DNA of 64,000 nt from Setoptus koraiensis (lineage: Eukaryota; Animalia; Arthropoda), in contig CM106586.1 in the NCBI GenBank assembly GCA_048013815.1, positions 9,362,001 to 9,426,000 on the forward strand. The letters are read 5' to 3'. The translations under genes were made by a program, and so were the position numbers. Positions 1 to 12,770 of this stretch are shown here, in pieces. Each line of letters starts with the position of its first letter. The first letter of the stretch is position 1. The notes under the pieces are model-generated. The model was not told where the DNA came from. It saw only the letters and a list, made by a program, of their open reading frames with translations, and did not search any database.

Positions 1-366
1 CTGGCTACTCATGCGTCAATAGCAGCCATCAATACAATGTAATAGCCGGCAAGCTGGCAAGTTGTTGTCACTGGCGAGCTTGTGTGTTTACACTCTGTAG
101 TGTGCTCTGTAGTGTGCTCTGTAGTGTGGAGTTGCAAACAAGGGCAACCCGTCAGATAACATTGCAGAGAATATCGCAGAGAATGACATTAGAGAGACAT
201 TGTTTTATTATCGCGGCCGCGGCAAGTGTGCGTCGACCACGCTTGAACTGTCATTTGGCTGTCAAACTGCATCGGCCTGTCAAACTGATACGAGCCATCA
301 TATGGCTCATATCATATTGGCCATATGATATGGCTCGTATGACGGCTGTGAGAACGGTGTGTGACT

Positions 367-470
367 TGCGATGACACTGTTGCGATGACACTGTCGCGAT
401 GACACTGTCGCGACGACAATGTTGCGATGACACTGTTGTGACGACACTGTTGCGATGACACTGTCGCACT
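367..470. repeat. Minisatellite, 14-bp unit TGCGATGACACTGT, about 7 imperfect copies
   Basis: Direct inspection. Confidence 0.9.
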
Positions 471-2222
471 GACGACAGTGTCATCACAACGGCGGCCGGC
501 AGCGTTGCGTCCCAGTGACAAGAGTCGGTTGGCCCTCGTTTGTGGCGGTGTGGTCAGTATCGGCATCCCTGGCGACGCTGCTGGCAACACCAACGGCATC
601 AGCTGTTCGTGACAGTTGCCCGACTGGCCGCGAACAGCTGAGCTCGGCGAGGGCCAGTGCGCAGGTTTCGAGTGGGCAAGTTTTATTGCGCAACAATGTT
701 TATTACAATGTTTATTTGTATCACTTTCATCGGGTTAATCGTGTAAATAATGCGCTCGTTTTGCCATTGTGCATGGCCAGTGGTCACTTGCGCAGTCACA
801 CTTAGTTGGCTGGTCAGCTGTTGTTGCCTAAACTGGCAAGTGGTGGGTGTTGCTGTACATATGTCTGTATATCTGTATAAATATCTGTATGTATCTGTGT
901 ACATCTGTTTGGCGAGCGATGATTGATTTCTCGGCCGGCCGGCCGGCCGGTGTTCGACGGCGGCGGCGGCAGCAGCAACTGTCAGAGGCAACTGTCAGAG
1001 GCAACTGTCAGTCGCAACACCAACAACAACAACAACGAGCCAATTTGACAATTGCCGCGCGCACTGACAGCGGCAATGGTCAAATTGACGGCGACATGGG
1101 CACACGGCCCAACGATCGCGCAGAGGCCATCAGATAGGCAGCGGATAAATGCGCACAGTGCGCGGACAGTCGGCGGCCAATAACGGCGAGCGCAATTTGG
1201 CGAGATTAGGTCGCTGTAGCAAATTGGACAAATGGTTGCAAATGGTCGCAAATGGTTGCAAATGGTTGCAAATGGTTAGCTAACAATATCTATCAGCTAT
1301 CAGCTGATGGCCGGCGAGTATTGCGCTCAATATTGAACTCAATTATGGCAAGCGGACAGACGAGAGCGATTAGTGTAGGAGATTAACTTAATGATACACA
1401 CCAACAACTGGCCGCTATCTGTTGAAAAATCTCTGCAACCAAATGGTAACATCTTACAAGTGTTGTTAGGGCTAATAAGCTGTGTTTTGGGCAGCAAGTG
1501 CGCGAGCAAAAATACTCGCTAAATACTCTCCGCTTGCTAAATAGTATTTTGTTGCGATAACGCGCTCGGGCCGGCCGATTCAAATCAGCGCGCTGTGGCA
1601 ATCGATTTGATGTGTCATTCGCCAATCCGATCGCTTAGCCAGACCGCAACAAGTGCCTTGCCAGCGAGCGACTTGGCTCGTTAGACGATTGTTGTCGCTC
1701 GGCTTACGACGCGCTGCCCGTTGCGACCGGCCGCTAACTGGCCGCCACTTTCAAGGTGTCCAATAATAATAATAATTCCGTTATCCAGCCGCCAGATTAT
1801 CTGACCATCAGTGCGTGTACAGTGTGCCGCTCGTACAGGAAGTTGTGCAATTATCGCCAATGCCATTGCCGATAACACAAACCGGCAACAGGTCGCTCTG
1901 ACAGGTTGTTGCCGTTACTGGCCGCCGTGTTGTGTCACTGTCGCCGTTGTGTCACTGCTAACTGCCCATGCCAGCCAACAGTGACGCAACGTGTCCACGC
2001 TACATGCTTATATGCTGCTTATGCTGCTTATGCTGCTTATATGTTGCGCAACTCACAGTTGGACTTGTCAGTTGGACGCTGTCGCTAATTTGTAAACACT
2101 GGTCCGCTGGTCAGCTGACTCACAGCTGACTCGCAGTTGTCAGACTTGAACTGGGCGGCCTTTTATCGGCTATCGGCATAAGGATCGCGGCCCGTCGCTC
2201 GGCCGACCGGCCCGCGCGATCC

Positions 2223-2301
2223 GATATCGACACACAGATATCGACACACAGATATCGACACACAGATATCGACACACAGATATCGACACACAGATATCGA
2301 C
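2223..2301. repeat. Minisatellite, 14-bp unit GATATCGACACACA, 5.6 perfect copies
   Basis: Direct inspection. Confidence 0.95.
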
Positions 2302-4739
2302 GGATAAAGGCCGACACGTCGCGCCATTGTTTTTGGCCACTAGATGGCCGGCATGGCGCACGTACACCGTTATGGTAACGGCGTCGTGAGCACCGTTATC
2401 GCATTGAATGTTATTATTAATATCGGCGGTTGGCGGCGCGACTTGGAATCGCGCAATCGTCATCACACTTGCCGATTGTGCAAATTGCACACGTTGCTTG
2501 GTTGGCGAACGGCGACTCGCGAGCCGCAATCGCGACCCGACGAGTGACCCTCGAACGAAGGCGATCGACAGCGGGCAGTCGTGTCACGGGCCGCCATCTC
2601 AAAGCCAACGATAACAATAATTAATTGGTCGGCCGTTGCAATTAGCGGCCGTGTCTCGATTGGTGGCGCCGCCGAGCGCAGTCACAGTCGCAGTCGGCGA
2701 GCTCGCTTGAGAGCGCTTGAGAGCGTTCATCTCCGCCGAGCTCGCACCGATTAATTGATTGATACACTGGCGAGCGCTGGCGAGGTGAGCCGCTCTACAG
2801 CCGCTCGAAAGTCGCTCGAAGCCGCTCGAAAGTCGCTCGAGAGCCGTCCGATGGCCGTCATTGTGTGTCCGTCGAGTATCATCAATGGCGAGCATGCTCG
2901 CGATGATCAATATTTGCCAATAATTGATATTGCGTCAGTCACTAATGCCTGGCCGACTCTCTAAACGCTGTCGGCTGTCGGCTGTCGGCTGGCACTGCTC
3001 AGTGTTCTGGTGGCTCGCAACGTGCGAGCGATCTCGCAATGGTCGGGGCCCGCCGAAATGGGTTCAATGCGTTGGTTCGAGCCGCTCTGGCCAGCGATCT
3101 CTCGGCTGGCCAGCGATCGATGGCTACCGAGCCAGCGACCAAGTTGCAAACTGACTGCAAATTCTGGCTCGCTGTCAGCGGGCATGCAGAGCGCGTCTTG
3201 GCCCATCATAGAGACATGGTGCAGTTTTCCAGGCGCCCTTATGCAACAGAATGCATTATGTTGCATAACAGCCCACAGTGACCAACAGCGAAATGGATCG
3301 GCCGCGATGGGCTCGCGATGGCGCCAAACGTGCCATTGCCGCCAACGGTCATCGAGTTATTTATTGCGAGCCGTTTATTGCTGCGACACGATTCTCGCCG
3401 GCCGCCGGTCAGTATATATTTTGGTCGAGATCGGCCTATTTCGGCCAAAATATATATCGCGCCACACTGGCCGCATTGGCCATGCTCGCAGTTCGGACGG
3501 TGTGAGCGGTCATGGCGAGCGGCGAGCGGCGAGTGGCAATTGGAGCTCGCACAAGTGGCCCGGTAATTGGCTCACCCAGCGAGAATCCGGCCACAGCCTC
3601 CATGATCCAATCGAACAGTCGACGTCGTGGAGGCTGCCGCCGGCTTTCGCTCGCCCGAACACACACACAATCATTGCTTCGTTGCCATTAAGGCATAATT
3701 TGCATATTGCTAACCAATATTGCACAGGCTGTGGCTGTTATTTGCTCGCTCGGCAAACTTTACATAAAACAAATTGCTCAACATGAATGGCGGCCCAATA
3801 TGGCCAACGCTCTATCTCGACGAGGCCGCTATTCCGGCCATTCCGGCCATGCAGGCTATTCCGGCCATCGAGCTATTCCGGCCATCGGACTATTCCGGTT
3901 ATCGGGGCTGTTGGCTGTTGTGGCGACTGCGTCCACTGCGAGCACCGCGAGACTCTCAAGTTGAGATGGATAACGAAGAATCGTTAGCGGACACGTCGGC
4001 GTATCTGGGCACCGGCAATTGGCAAGGCGATAAACACCGAAAATGGACAAAATCACTGCTCGTGATCCCTACATAATATTGTGGAAATACTGTTTATTTA
4101 CATATATATCATGCGCTCGACACCGGCCCGACATCGGCCCGACATCGGCCCGATACCGGCCCGACATCGGCCGTTCGAGCGGACGTTCGGCTCGGCGATC
4201 AAAGGGAAGCGATCAGCCTCACAGCTTCAGGTATCGACCGATACCTGGATACGGCGCTGCGGCGACAGCTGACACAGTGGCATGCAGATTATTAATGATG
4301 GGCATTAATGATCGGATTGAGAAATCATCGGCGGTTTGTTTCCACATTTGCAATCATTCGCGGCCAATGCCGATCGCTTGGCATGACTCGTCCGATCACA
4401 ACATGGCCGGCGAGCAGGCTTGCCGTCGACTGGAGGCTTGTTGCCGAATGGTCGGCTGGAGGCTTGCTGTCGAATGTTGTCGGACGAAAGCTCGTTGCTA
4501 CGATCGGATTTAGCCGGATGTGGCCGCAGTGCGCAGCCGGCCGACATATCCGATGACCACTGGGCAGGCCGGCCACGGCCAAGCGAGACGCTGGCGACTG
4601 GTCAGTGTGATACGTTTCGCATTGATACGATTTAATTCTTTAATCTCGCTCTCGTCTGCAACATGACCGCACTCTGGCCGCCAGAGGAAGCCACAAGCGA
4701 GTTTGTTGGCCGCGTCATGTGGGCCGCAAGCTCGCCTGT

Positions 4740-4912
4740 CGCGGTTGTCGCTGTTGTTGCTGTTGCTGCTGTTGTTGCTGTTGTTACTGTTGTTGCTGTT
4801 GCTGCTGTTGTTGCTGTTGTTGTGCGTCGGCCAACAGCAACGACAGCAACGACAATAGTAACAACAACAACGACAGCACCAACAACAACAACAGCATCAT
4901 CAACAACGACAC
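4740..4912. repeat. Opposed trinucleotide tracts (GTT/GCT)n followed by (AAC)n
   Basis: Direct inspection. The two tracts are partly complementary. Confidence 0.9.
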
Positions 4913-7900
4913 AGGTGAGCAGCCTGCGCCGGCGCGCCGCCAGACACCTGTTGCAGGGCCATGTTGCCGGCAGCAGCAGCGAGCCAAAGGTCAGCGGATT
5001 AAGCTGGATCATGAGTGACAGGCCCCAGATTAGCGAGAGCTGCCAGATTAACTGCAACTGTAACAGGCAGCATTATGTTTATAATGTGCGCATTATTGTG
5101 TGTTTATTATTATGCTGCACAAAATGCACAAAATGCGCAAAATGCACAAAATGCGCAAAATGCACAGAATGCACAGAGGGCGCTTGCGCAAAGTCGTTTC
5201 CGTTTCACGGTCAGCCATTCGGACACATGCGATTCGCATGATGCCAAGAACAACAGGTGAGCCGCCGTTACGTATCGGCTGTGGCAAAGTGCGCCGGCAA
5301 CGCGGCACAGGCGCAATGCGAAACCGTCGAGTTATGCAACTGGCGAAATACGAAACTGGCGAGTCGCGAAACGGGCGAGCTACGAAACGGGCGAGTTATC
5401 AGACGGCCTGTTTCAGACAGGCGAGTCGCAAGAGCAAAGAAGCGGCCGCTCGCGAATTTCTCGCCCGATGTATACTCGGCGATGTATACAAGTCGGCGGC
5501 GTTCCGCCAACAATTATCGTCATTGTGATGAGCATCAATTGATTAATGCTGTCATCGGCGTGAGCGCATTTGGTTGCACACAAATCGCAAGCTCGAATCG
5601 CATCCCGAATCGCATCTCGATCGCCAGTTGTGATTCGCGAGCTCGATCGCCAGTTGTGATTCGCGAGCGAGCTTCCGCCAGCATCATCAATCAAACCGGC
5701 CGCTTGTAATCCGCGCCGGCGAGCCAGCTCGCCCGGCCGACTCGCCCGGCTTATTTGGCCGGCCAGCATCGAGTCGGGCGGCGTAAATCACCGGCGTTCA
5801 TGAGCTCGTTTTTGAGTTTAGATCTGCGACAACGCAGCGCAACTTGAACTGCCAAGTTCATGCCAGTCGCTCATGCCGTGAACTTGATGCAGCGCCGATG
5901 CAAATCCGCAAAGCCGCGTCCGAATCGACCAACCAAACGAGTTCGAGTTGCGCCGTCGAGCTTGGCAACTTGAGAATCTCAAGTGCGCAGTCCACGTCAC
6001 ACAACGAGGCGAGAATATAGAATATTGTTCGTTCATTCGACAATTGTCATTTGGGCCACATCTGACTTTGGGCCGATTCCACCTGGGCGGCCGGCCGTTC
6101 TTTTCGAAGGGGGCAGCTGATCGCAACGGCACGTCATGCACAAATGACGTCATCGTCGTATATGTTTATATACATGACGTAACTGGTCTCTACGTAGCCT
6201 ACGAGTCGCAAGTCTCTGCCGGGTCTGGCGCGTGGGTGGCCTGCGATTGGCACGCACTCACACAAGTCAGTTGTTGACGCACTGTGCCATTGTTGCCGTT
6301 GTTGCCGCATTGCGTAATAACTCTATTGCCACGACAGTGTTCTATTTATGGAACACACACACACACACACACACACGCTAATTGGGCGACCTTTGCACTC
6401 CCCGCTGTCCCCAACTGTGCCCCGGGAGAGAGAGGGAGAGCGCGGGGGAGGGGAGATTGAATATTCGCGTGCCCACTGCAGCATGGCGAGTATGGCGAGT
6501 ATGACGAGTATGACAATGTTTGTTTCTCATGCGGCCCGAAAGTGATGACACAATCATCTCTGGCATAAGTTGAGTGACGTCATGATGCGGCTCAGCTGGG
6601 CCAGCTCGCTAATGAGCTGGCCAGCGGCGGCGGGCGCAACTGTCACGGCGCAACTGTCACTACGCAACTGTCAGCGGCGGCCCGGTGACAGTGGCCTATC
6701 AGCTGTCGGCGACTGTCACTTGTGGCGGTGCGTTTGGTCAGCTGACGCCGCTCGCAAGCCCGCAAGCCCAGCAGCTGACGGCGGCCCAAAGTGACAGCCA
6801 CCGCAAGTGACAGCCGCAACAACACAAGTGTCAGCCCCAATTGGGACAATTTGTGCTCAAAGCCGCCGTTGCCCAAACAGACCGTTAGAAGCCGTTGCGG
6901 CGAGTCATTAGCCTTGAGCGAATTCAATTGTTCATAGTTGTTGTCGCAGCAGTTGCAATGTCGCTGTTGCCACTCGGCCACTGGATACGCCAAAGTAATG
7001 AATAAATGAGAGCAAGTAGCGAGAGTTGATCTTGAATAACTGCCACCGGCTTGCGCAAAACGCCTAATGACAAGTTACCTGAGGAGCATATATTATTATT
7101 ATTATTATTATTATGTAACGGACATGCGGCGGGTATTGAGGGCGCGATAGATGAGATCGCGTCGTCCTCTGCTCGTCTGACAGATTAGCCAGTCAGTCGG
7201 TCAGCTGACTGCCTAATCTGAGCGATTGTGAGCGAGCGTCGAGAATAGAGTTGCACTGTCACTGTCACTTGTAGCAGGTGACTTGTACAGGTGACTTGTA
7301 CGGGTGACGCAACTACAGGTGACGCAACTACAGGTGACGCTACTATTATTGTGACTTGCACAGGTTAACAGCGCCGGGCAACAGCTGACAGTCGGCGAGG
7401 CGATCGAGATCGGCCACTGTGATGTGTTTATGTCTGATGTTTATCCTATCATTGTGTTGCCGTTGCCGTTGCAGCCGCCTCACACATTGTTGCTATTATT
7501 AACCTAAATTCCGTTTTTCGTCGGCCCGAGCTTGCCGAGCTCGCCGAGCAGCCGAGCAGCCGAACAGCCGAACAGCGGCGGCCATTCAGAGAGACAGTTG
7601 ACAATGAAGACAAGACACATTTGGATTAACGCATTCCAGTTCTAGCAGCTCCAGTGCCAGTGGCCGTCACTCGCACTGGCACAGCCAGAAGCGACAACCA
7701 ATCGTGCTCTCGTTTCAAACTTCAAGCCGCAACAGGTAACTCGGACAACACTGTTACGTAACCGCGCCGAGACACACACCGAGACAATGCGATTGAATGA
7801 TTAGCTCGTTCAATAATTATTGGTTGTCGTCCGCGCTGGCCGCCACCGGACCGTTGACGCTGGCCGGACTGTCGATGCTGACCGGACTGTCGATGCTGAC

Positions 7901-10529
7901 CGGACTGTCGACGCTGGCCGGACTGCCAGTTGCAGGGGCGAGCAACAAATATTACAAATGTGGTTGCATAGTTGCAGAGTTCAAAGGCTCAAGTGGCCAA
8001 AAATCACCGATTGATTGTTTGATTTGGCGGATAATTTTGGAAATTTCTCGCTCTCTCCATCAAACTCATCCTGTTCAACTGTGACTCTCGTGCCGTTTCA
8101 AAGCCGTTTTACTTTTGCCGTTTGCGCATCGTCGAAATGCTCTGAATTCTCGGATGCCCAAACGGCCAAAATAGTCGCAATCGAGCGTAGTCCGACAGGA
8201 GCTCCGCAGCGGCCAGCCGACCGGATGCCACCGACGGGGCTTTCAACAGAGTTTAGGTTGCTTTTAGCCGAGCTTTGGCTGCTTTTAGCTGTGCTGAAAG
8301 CGACCGAATCTTTGTGATTCGCCAGCGAAACAGGCCGATCAAATATTAATCAGGCGATCATTAATTAGTTGGTCTAAATTTATTATTTTTACGGTCGGCA
8401 GTGATAATTGTGACTGTGCTTGATTTGTTGTGTCGGCCGCACCGGCCCAACTAGTCGAGTTAATTAATTAGCTAATTAATTAACTGGCCAGTTGGCTAAT
8501 TGGCGTCGCTGCAGCAAGCGCGACCCGTGATTCGGCCCGATGACACGACGCTATCTAATCATGCAAATATTGTCCACTGTTACTAGCAGTCTGTTAGTAT
8601 ACAACAATTTGCTCCGCTTAAAATGCATTGCGTAACTGTCCTGTTGTCAGTATCAGCCTGATAGTATCAGGCTGATACTATCAGGGCCAACAGGTCATCG
8701 CCGGTGAGAGTTGCGGATAAACGGGGGAAATGGTGTGCAATTGGTGTGGAAAACTGGCCTTTTCGGCCGGCTTTGCCGGCACCACCAAGTGGGCGAATAA
8801 GTGAAACGTTGGCCAGATTGGCCCTTACTGGCGACCGCTGGTCACTAATGCCAGTAGTGGCCAGTAGTCAACTGGCGACTACCGGCGACTGCTGACACTA
8901 TTCAATAGTGACTATTGGCGACTATGAAATATCGCAAGTCTTCTCAGACCGTCCACTGACACTGGCTGGCTCTAAATCTTGCTCTAAATTTTGCTCTAAA
9001 TTTTGTTTGTCCGCAAACGACGCGGAAAACGTTTTCGCGTCCAGTCGCTCAGATGGAAAGTTTCAATTCGAAAGGCCAGAATCGAAAGTTTCAATCCGCA
9101 CTCTTGGGCCCCCAAACTTTTGAGTGAAAACTTTTGACTCAAAAGAGAACAAATTGCGTCAGCAACGAGAGAAAGCCGGAAAGCCGATGGAATTGCTTGC
9201 GCAATCTCGCTTGGCGAAATTGTGCGAGCGGCCGCTGGCAGCAACTGACTGTGGCGAGCAACTAATTGTGGCCAGCTAACAAGTTGCGACAATGACAATT
9301 GGCATGCTGGTTAGTTGGCGCCATTACATAAGCGAGCGTAAGTGACTCGCTTAGAGTGAGCTGTTAAACAGCGCGGTAATTACATAATGGCATCACATCT
9401 AATTCTATCCATGTCTGGCTGGTCGCTTGTGCCGGCCACCGGCTCCGCTGACCGTTACGCCGAGCCACAGGTGAATCTCGCCAGCCTGGTAACCTGGCCA
9501 GTGTGAGTGGTCAGTGTGAGTGGCCAGTGTGAGTGGTCAGTGTGAGTGGTCAGTGTGAGTGGTCAGTGGACAGGAGAGCGGCGGACAGGGCAATCGGGCT
9601 ACCCGATTCAGCTGTCGGGCGAGCGCGTAGTTGCATTGTGTTCGGCTCAGGTGCGCAAACTGCGCCCACTGATGCCGATATGCGGCCACCGATGCCGATG
9701 TGCGGCCGCCGATGCCGATATAAGGCCGACGGATATGGCCAGAAATATCACGGGTGGCCCGACGGCGCACAATAAGGCCACCGTTGGTCGCAGTTACAGT
9801 TGCCGGCATCATTATGTAATAATGCGGTCATTATTGCATTATGCCGCATTGTTGGCCGGACAGTGGCCAGTATCGGCATCGCGTCATTGCGCTCGCGCAT
9901 TGTTGGCCGCATCGCCGCATGCATTTGCATGAGAATCGCATCGAGCCGATTGCGTAATTGGGCCGCCCACTCACTCTCTCTCTCATGCGAGGGGTCGCCG
10001 TCGGATCACGCCAGTCACATCACGCCGGTCAGCGCGAGGACGAGTCACACAGGAAGCGAGCCATTTGCCATTTCGCCATTTCGTCATCTCGCCATTTTGC
10101 CATCTCGCCATTTTGCCATTTTGCCATTTTGCTATTCACGATTCATCAGTGACTCAGTGGAAGTGAGTGGCTGGCCGAGCTCAGATGAATCGCACAGGCG
10201 GCCGAAATGGCGAGACAGCGACGATACAGGTGAATAGTTAATGCCGGCCACCAATTGAATGGATTCAAACTGATTGAGAGGGTTCACTGATCTTTGCTCA
10301 TTCTCACTGCCGGCTCGCCGTTGCGGCTCGCGAGCCGCAGCAACGGGCCGCCGCGGCGCGCTTGTGTCGGGCCAGCCTCATCAACTGATAATCGCCAGTG
10401 CAAACAAGCGGCTGCCCGAAACTTATTTGGCCGCGATTGTGATGCCACCGCGCCGGCCAACAAATGCAAACACAACGGCGGCTCACACAGACCGCAAACT
10501 GGATCCGTCTCAACGATGGCCGCTCTCAA

Positions 10530-10665
10530 TTATCGAGACGCTCAATCGTCGAGACGCTCAATTGTCGAGGCTCGCAATCGTCGAGACTCGCAATCGTCGA
10601 GACTCGCAATCGTCGAGGCTCGCAATCGTCGAGGCTCGCAATCGTCGAGACTCGCAATTATCGAG
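10530..10665. repeat. Minisatellite, 16-bp unit TCGCAATCGTCGAG(A/G)C, about 8 copies
   Basis: Direct inspection. Confidence 0.9.
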
Positions 10666-11862
10666 AGTGACGAGGGCGACTGCGAGACGAGATTTGCATG
10701 CGAGCTCGCTGGCGTGCAATTGTTGCTGCAATCGTCCACCAGTCGCCACTGACTCGTGATACTTTTGCCCGCCGGGCCGGCACTTTTTGCGCATCGGGCG
10801 CATTCTGCGCACTGTCGGCGCCCGCCGGAACTCCGCATGCCGCACGGGCACCGGTCACCGCGAGCGACTCACTGCCAGTGAGTCACTGCCAGTGAGTCAT
10901 TGGTGACCAGTGAGCAGTTTGCTGTCGGTTTGTTGACAGTTTGCCGGCATTTTGTTGACAGTTTGCCGACGGTTTGCTGGCGAGTTGCCGACGGTTTGCT
11001 GGCGGGTTGCCGACGGTTTGCTGGCGAGTTTCGCCCAAAATCAGCGAAAATGTCACCGGTGCAGCGGCCGAGAACTGTGCGCATCTCAGTACCGAAAACG
11101 GGCGATCATTTGTGCGAGATTTATCCGCGCATTTGCATGCCGCACAAGCGAGCGAAAGCCCGAAGACAAACAATGGCGCCACTGTCGCTGTCGGCGAGCC
11201 GGTCTCGGCGGCGCCGGCATGCAAAGTTTGTTGTCCGGTCACCTGTTGGCGCTCGGTTGTGGCGCGGTCACTATGGCCACGACTGTGCGCTCGTTTGCAG
11301 CTCGCACTTGGCAAGCTCGCCAGTGGAATCGCGCTCACCCGGCCGCACCGCCACAACATGACAAGCTCGTTGCGAGGCTCGCTGCCGAGCTGTGCCCATC
11401 GAGTGCCACACCAATTGGACAGCGAGCAACAGCTGATTGTGGCAAGACCGGCGCATCACCGGCCGAACGCTCTTGTTTGGCGCTATTTGGTGGGCCGGGG
11501 CAAGCGTGCGAAAATTAGCCGCGACAGGAGAGAGCGAGCAAGCGAGCGAGCGAGAGCGGCCAAATGAATGCAAGAACAAGCAATATATTATAAATATTTT
11601 TTTTTATTTTATTTTATATGTATTGCTGACCGTTTCGCTTTTGTGAGATGAGAAATATTTGCTAAATTTGCGCGCCTTGCCACTGCAATTGCGCCGACTG
11701 CGAACACAACCGACGACTGGCCTGTGATACCAATAATACAACCAATAACAATCGTGATTGCTCGTCCTCTTGCCGGCCTGCAAGTTGCGTCATCGTGGCC
11801 GTTAGTTGAGTTGCGCATCGGCGCAGCTTGCGACAGGCTAAACAGCGTCATAATTGACAATT

Positions 11863-11913
<51 letters not shown>

Positions 11914-12636
11914 GCAACATCGAAACATCACACTGACTTGGCCGGAGCGCCGACAATGCGCAGAGATGGACAACGAGGGAATAACAAACAAACGGCCGCT
12001 CGCATACGAGCGCAACGGTTACGCAAGAGCTACGCGAGAGTTGCGCAACAGTGGTCAGGTTGCCTGTCGATGCGCCGGTCGGCGAGAGTCGGGCCGGCGA
12101 GTGGCCGCAAGTCGAGAGTCGAGAGTGCAGAGTGGACAGACTGACAGCGACAGTGTCCGATTGGGCACTGGCCGAGCGATGCTCGCCGAAACAAACTCAT
12201 TCGCCGAATAATATTCGGGGCTTATTTGAATCAAACTCGCTCTATCTATCTAATAACTGGCCAACTAATAACCGGCCAGACAGGTGAAAGTCGTGATGCA
12301 ACGAGTCGCAACAAACAAAGTTGAGCAAACTTTTGGTTTATATTTAATCACGCTGTTGGGCATTGTTGTGCTGGCTGGCTGGCTCGTTGGCTCGCTGGCA
12401 GTTTAAAAATTGCAGTTCAAAGTTTCAAAGTTTGCCTAGCTCAAAGCAAGCATGTTGCTCATGTCACAACGCAAACATGAGCCCGTTAGTTGTCAGTGCG
12501 GCCAGCAAAACATCTAGCCACGGCCGGCAAACAAGCCGCTCGCTGGCAAATGTCGCTGGCTCATGAAGCTCACAAGCCACATCGGCGCCACAATCGGCCA
12601 GTGACAGCGCCGCCGCACAATGACAACGATGACCAA

Positions 12637-12770
12637 CACATGACGCAACATATGATCGAACATATGAAGCAACGTATGACGCAACATATGATCGAACATG
12701 TGACGCAACGTATGACGCAATGTATGCTCGAACATATGACGCAACGTATGACGCAACATGTGATCGAAGT
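12637..12770. repeat. 12-bp unit array (CATATGATCGAA / CATATGACGCAA variants), about 11 copies
   Basis: Direct inspection. Confidence 0.9.

Noticed and set aside
2223-2301. Regular short repeats resembling a CRISPR array (also 10530-10665 and 12637-12770)
   Set aside because: Units are head-to-tail with no unique spacers, there are no cas genes, and the context is eukaryotic.
4663-4920. Hydrophobic plus Thr-rich ORF ending at ACAG|GTGAGC, like a mucin exon
   Set aside because: Entirely built from GTT/AAC repeats. ACAGGTGAG is a very common motif here and even occurs inside unspliced CDS (55109, 63016).
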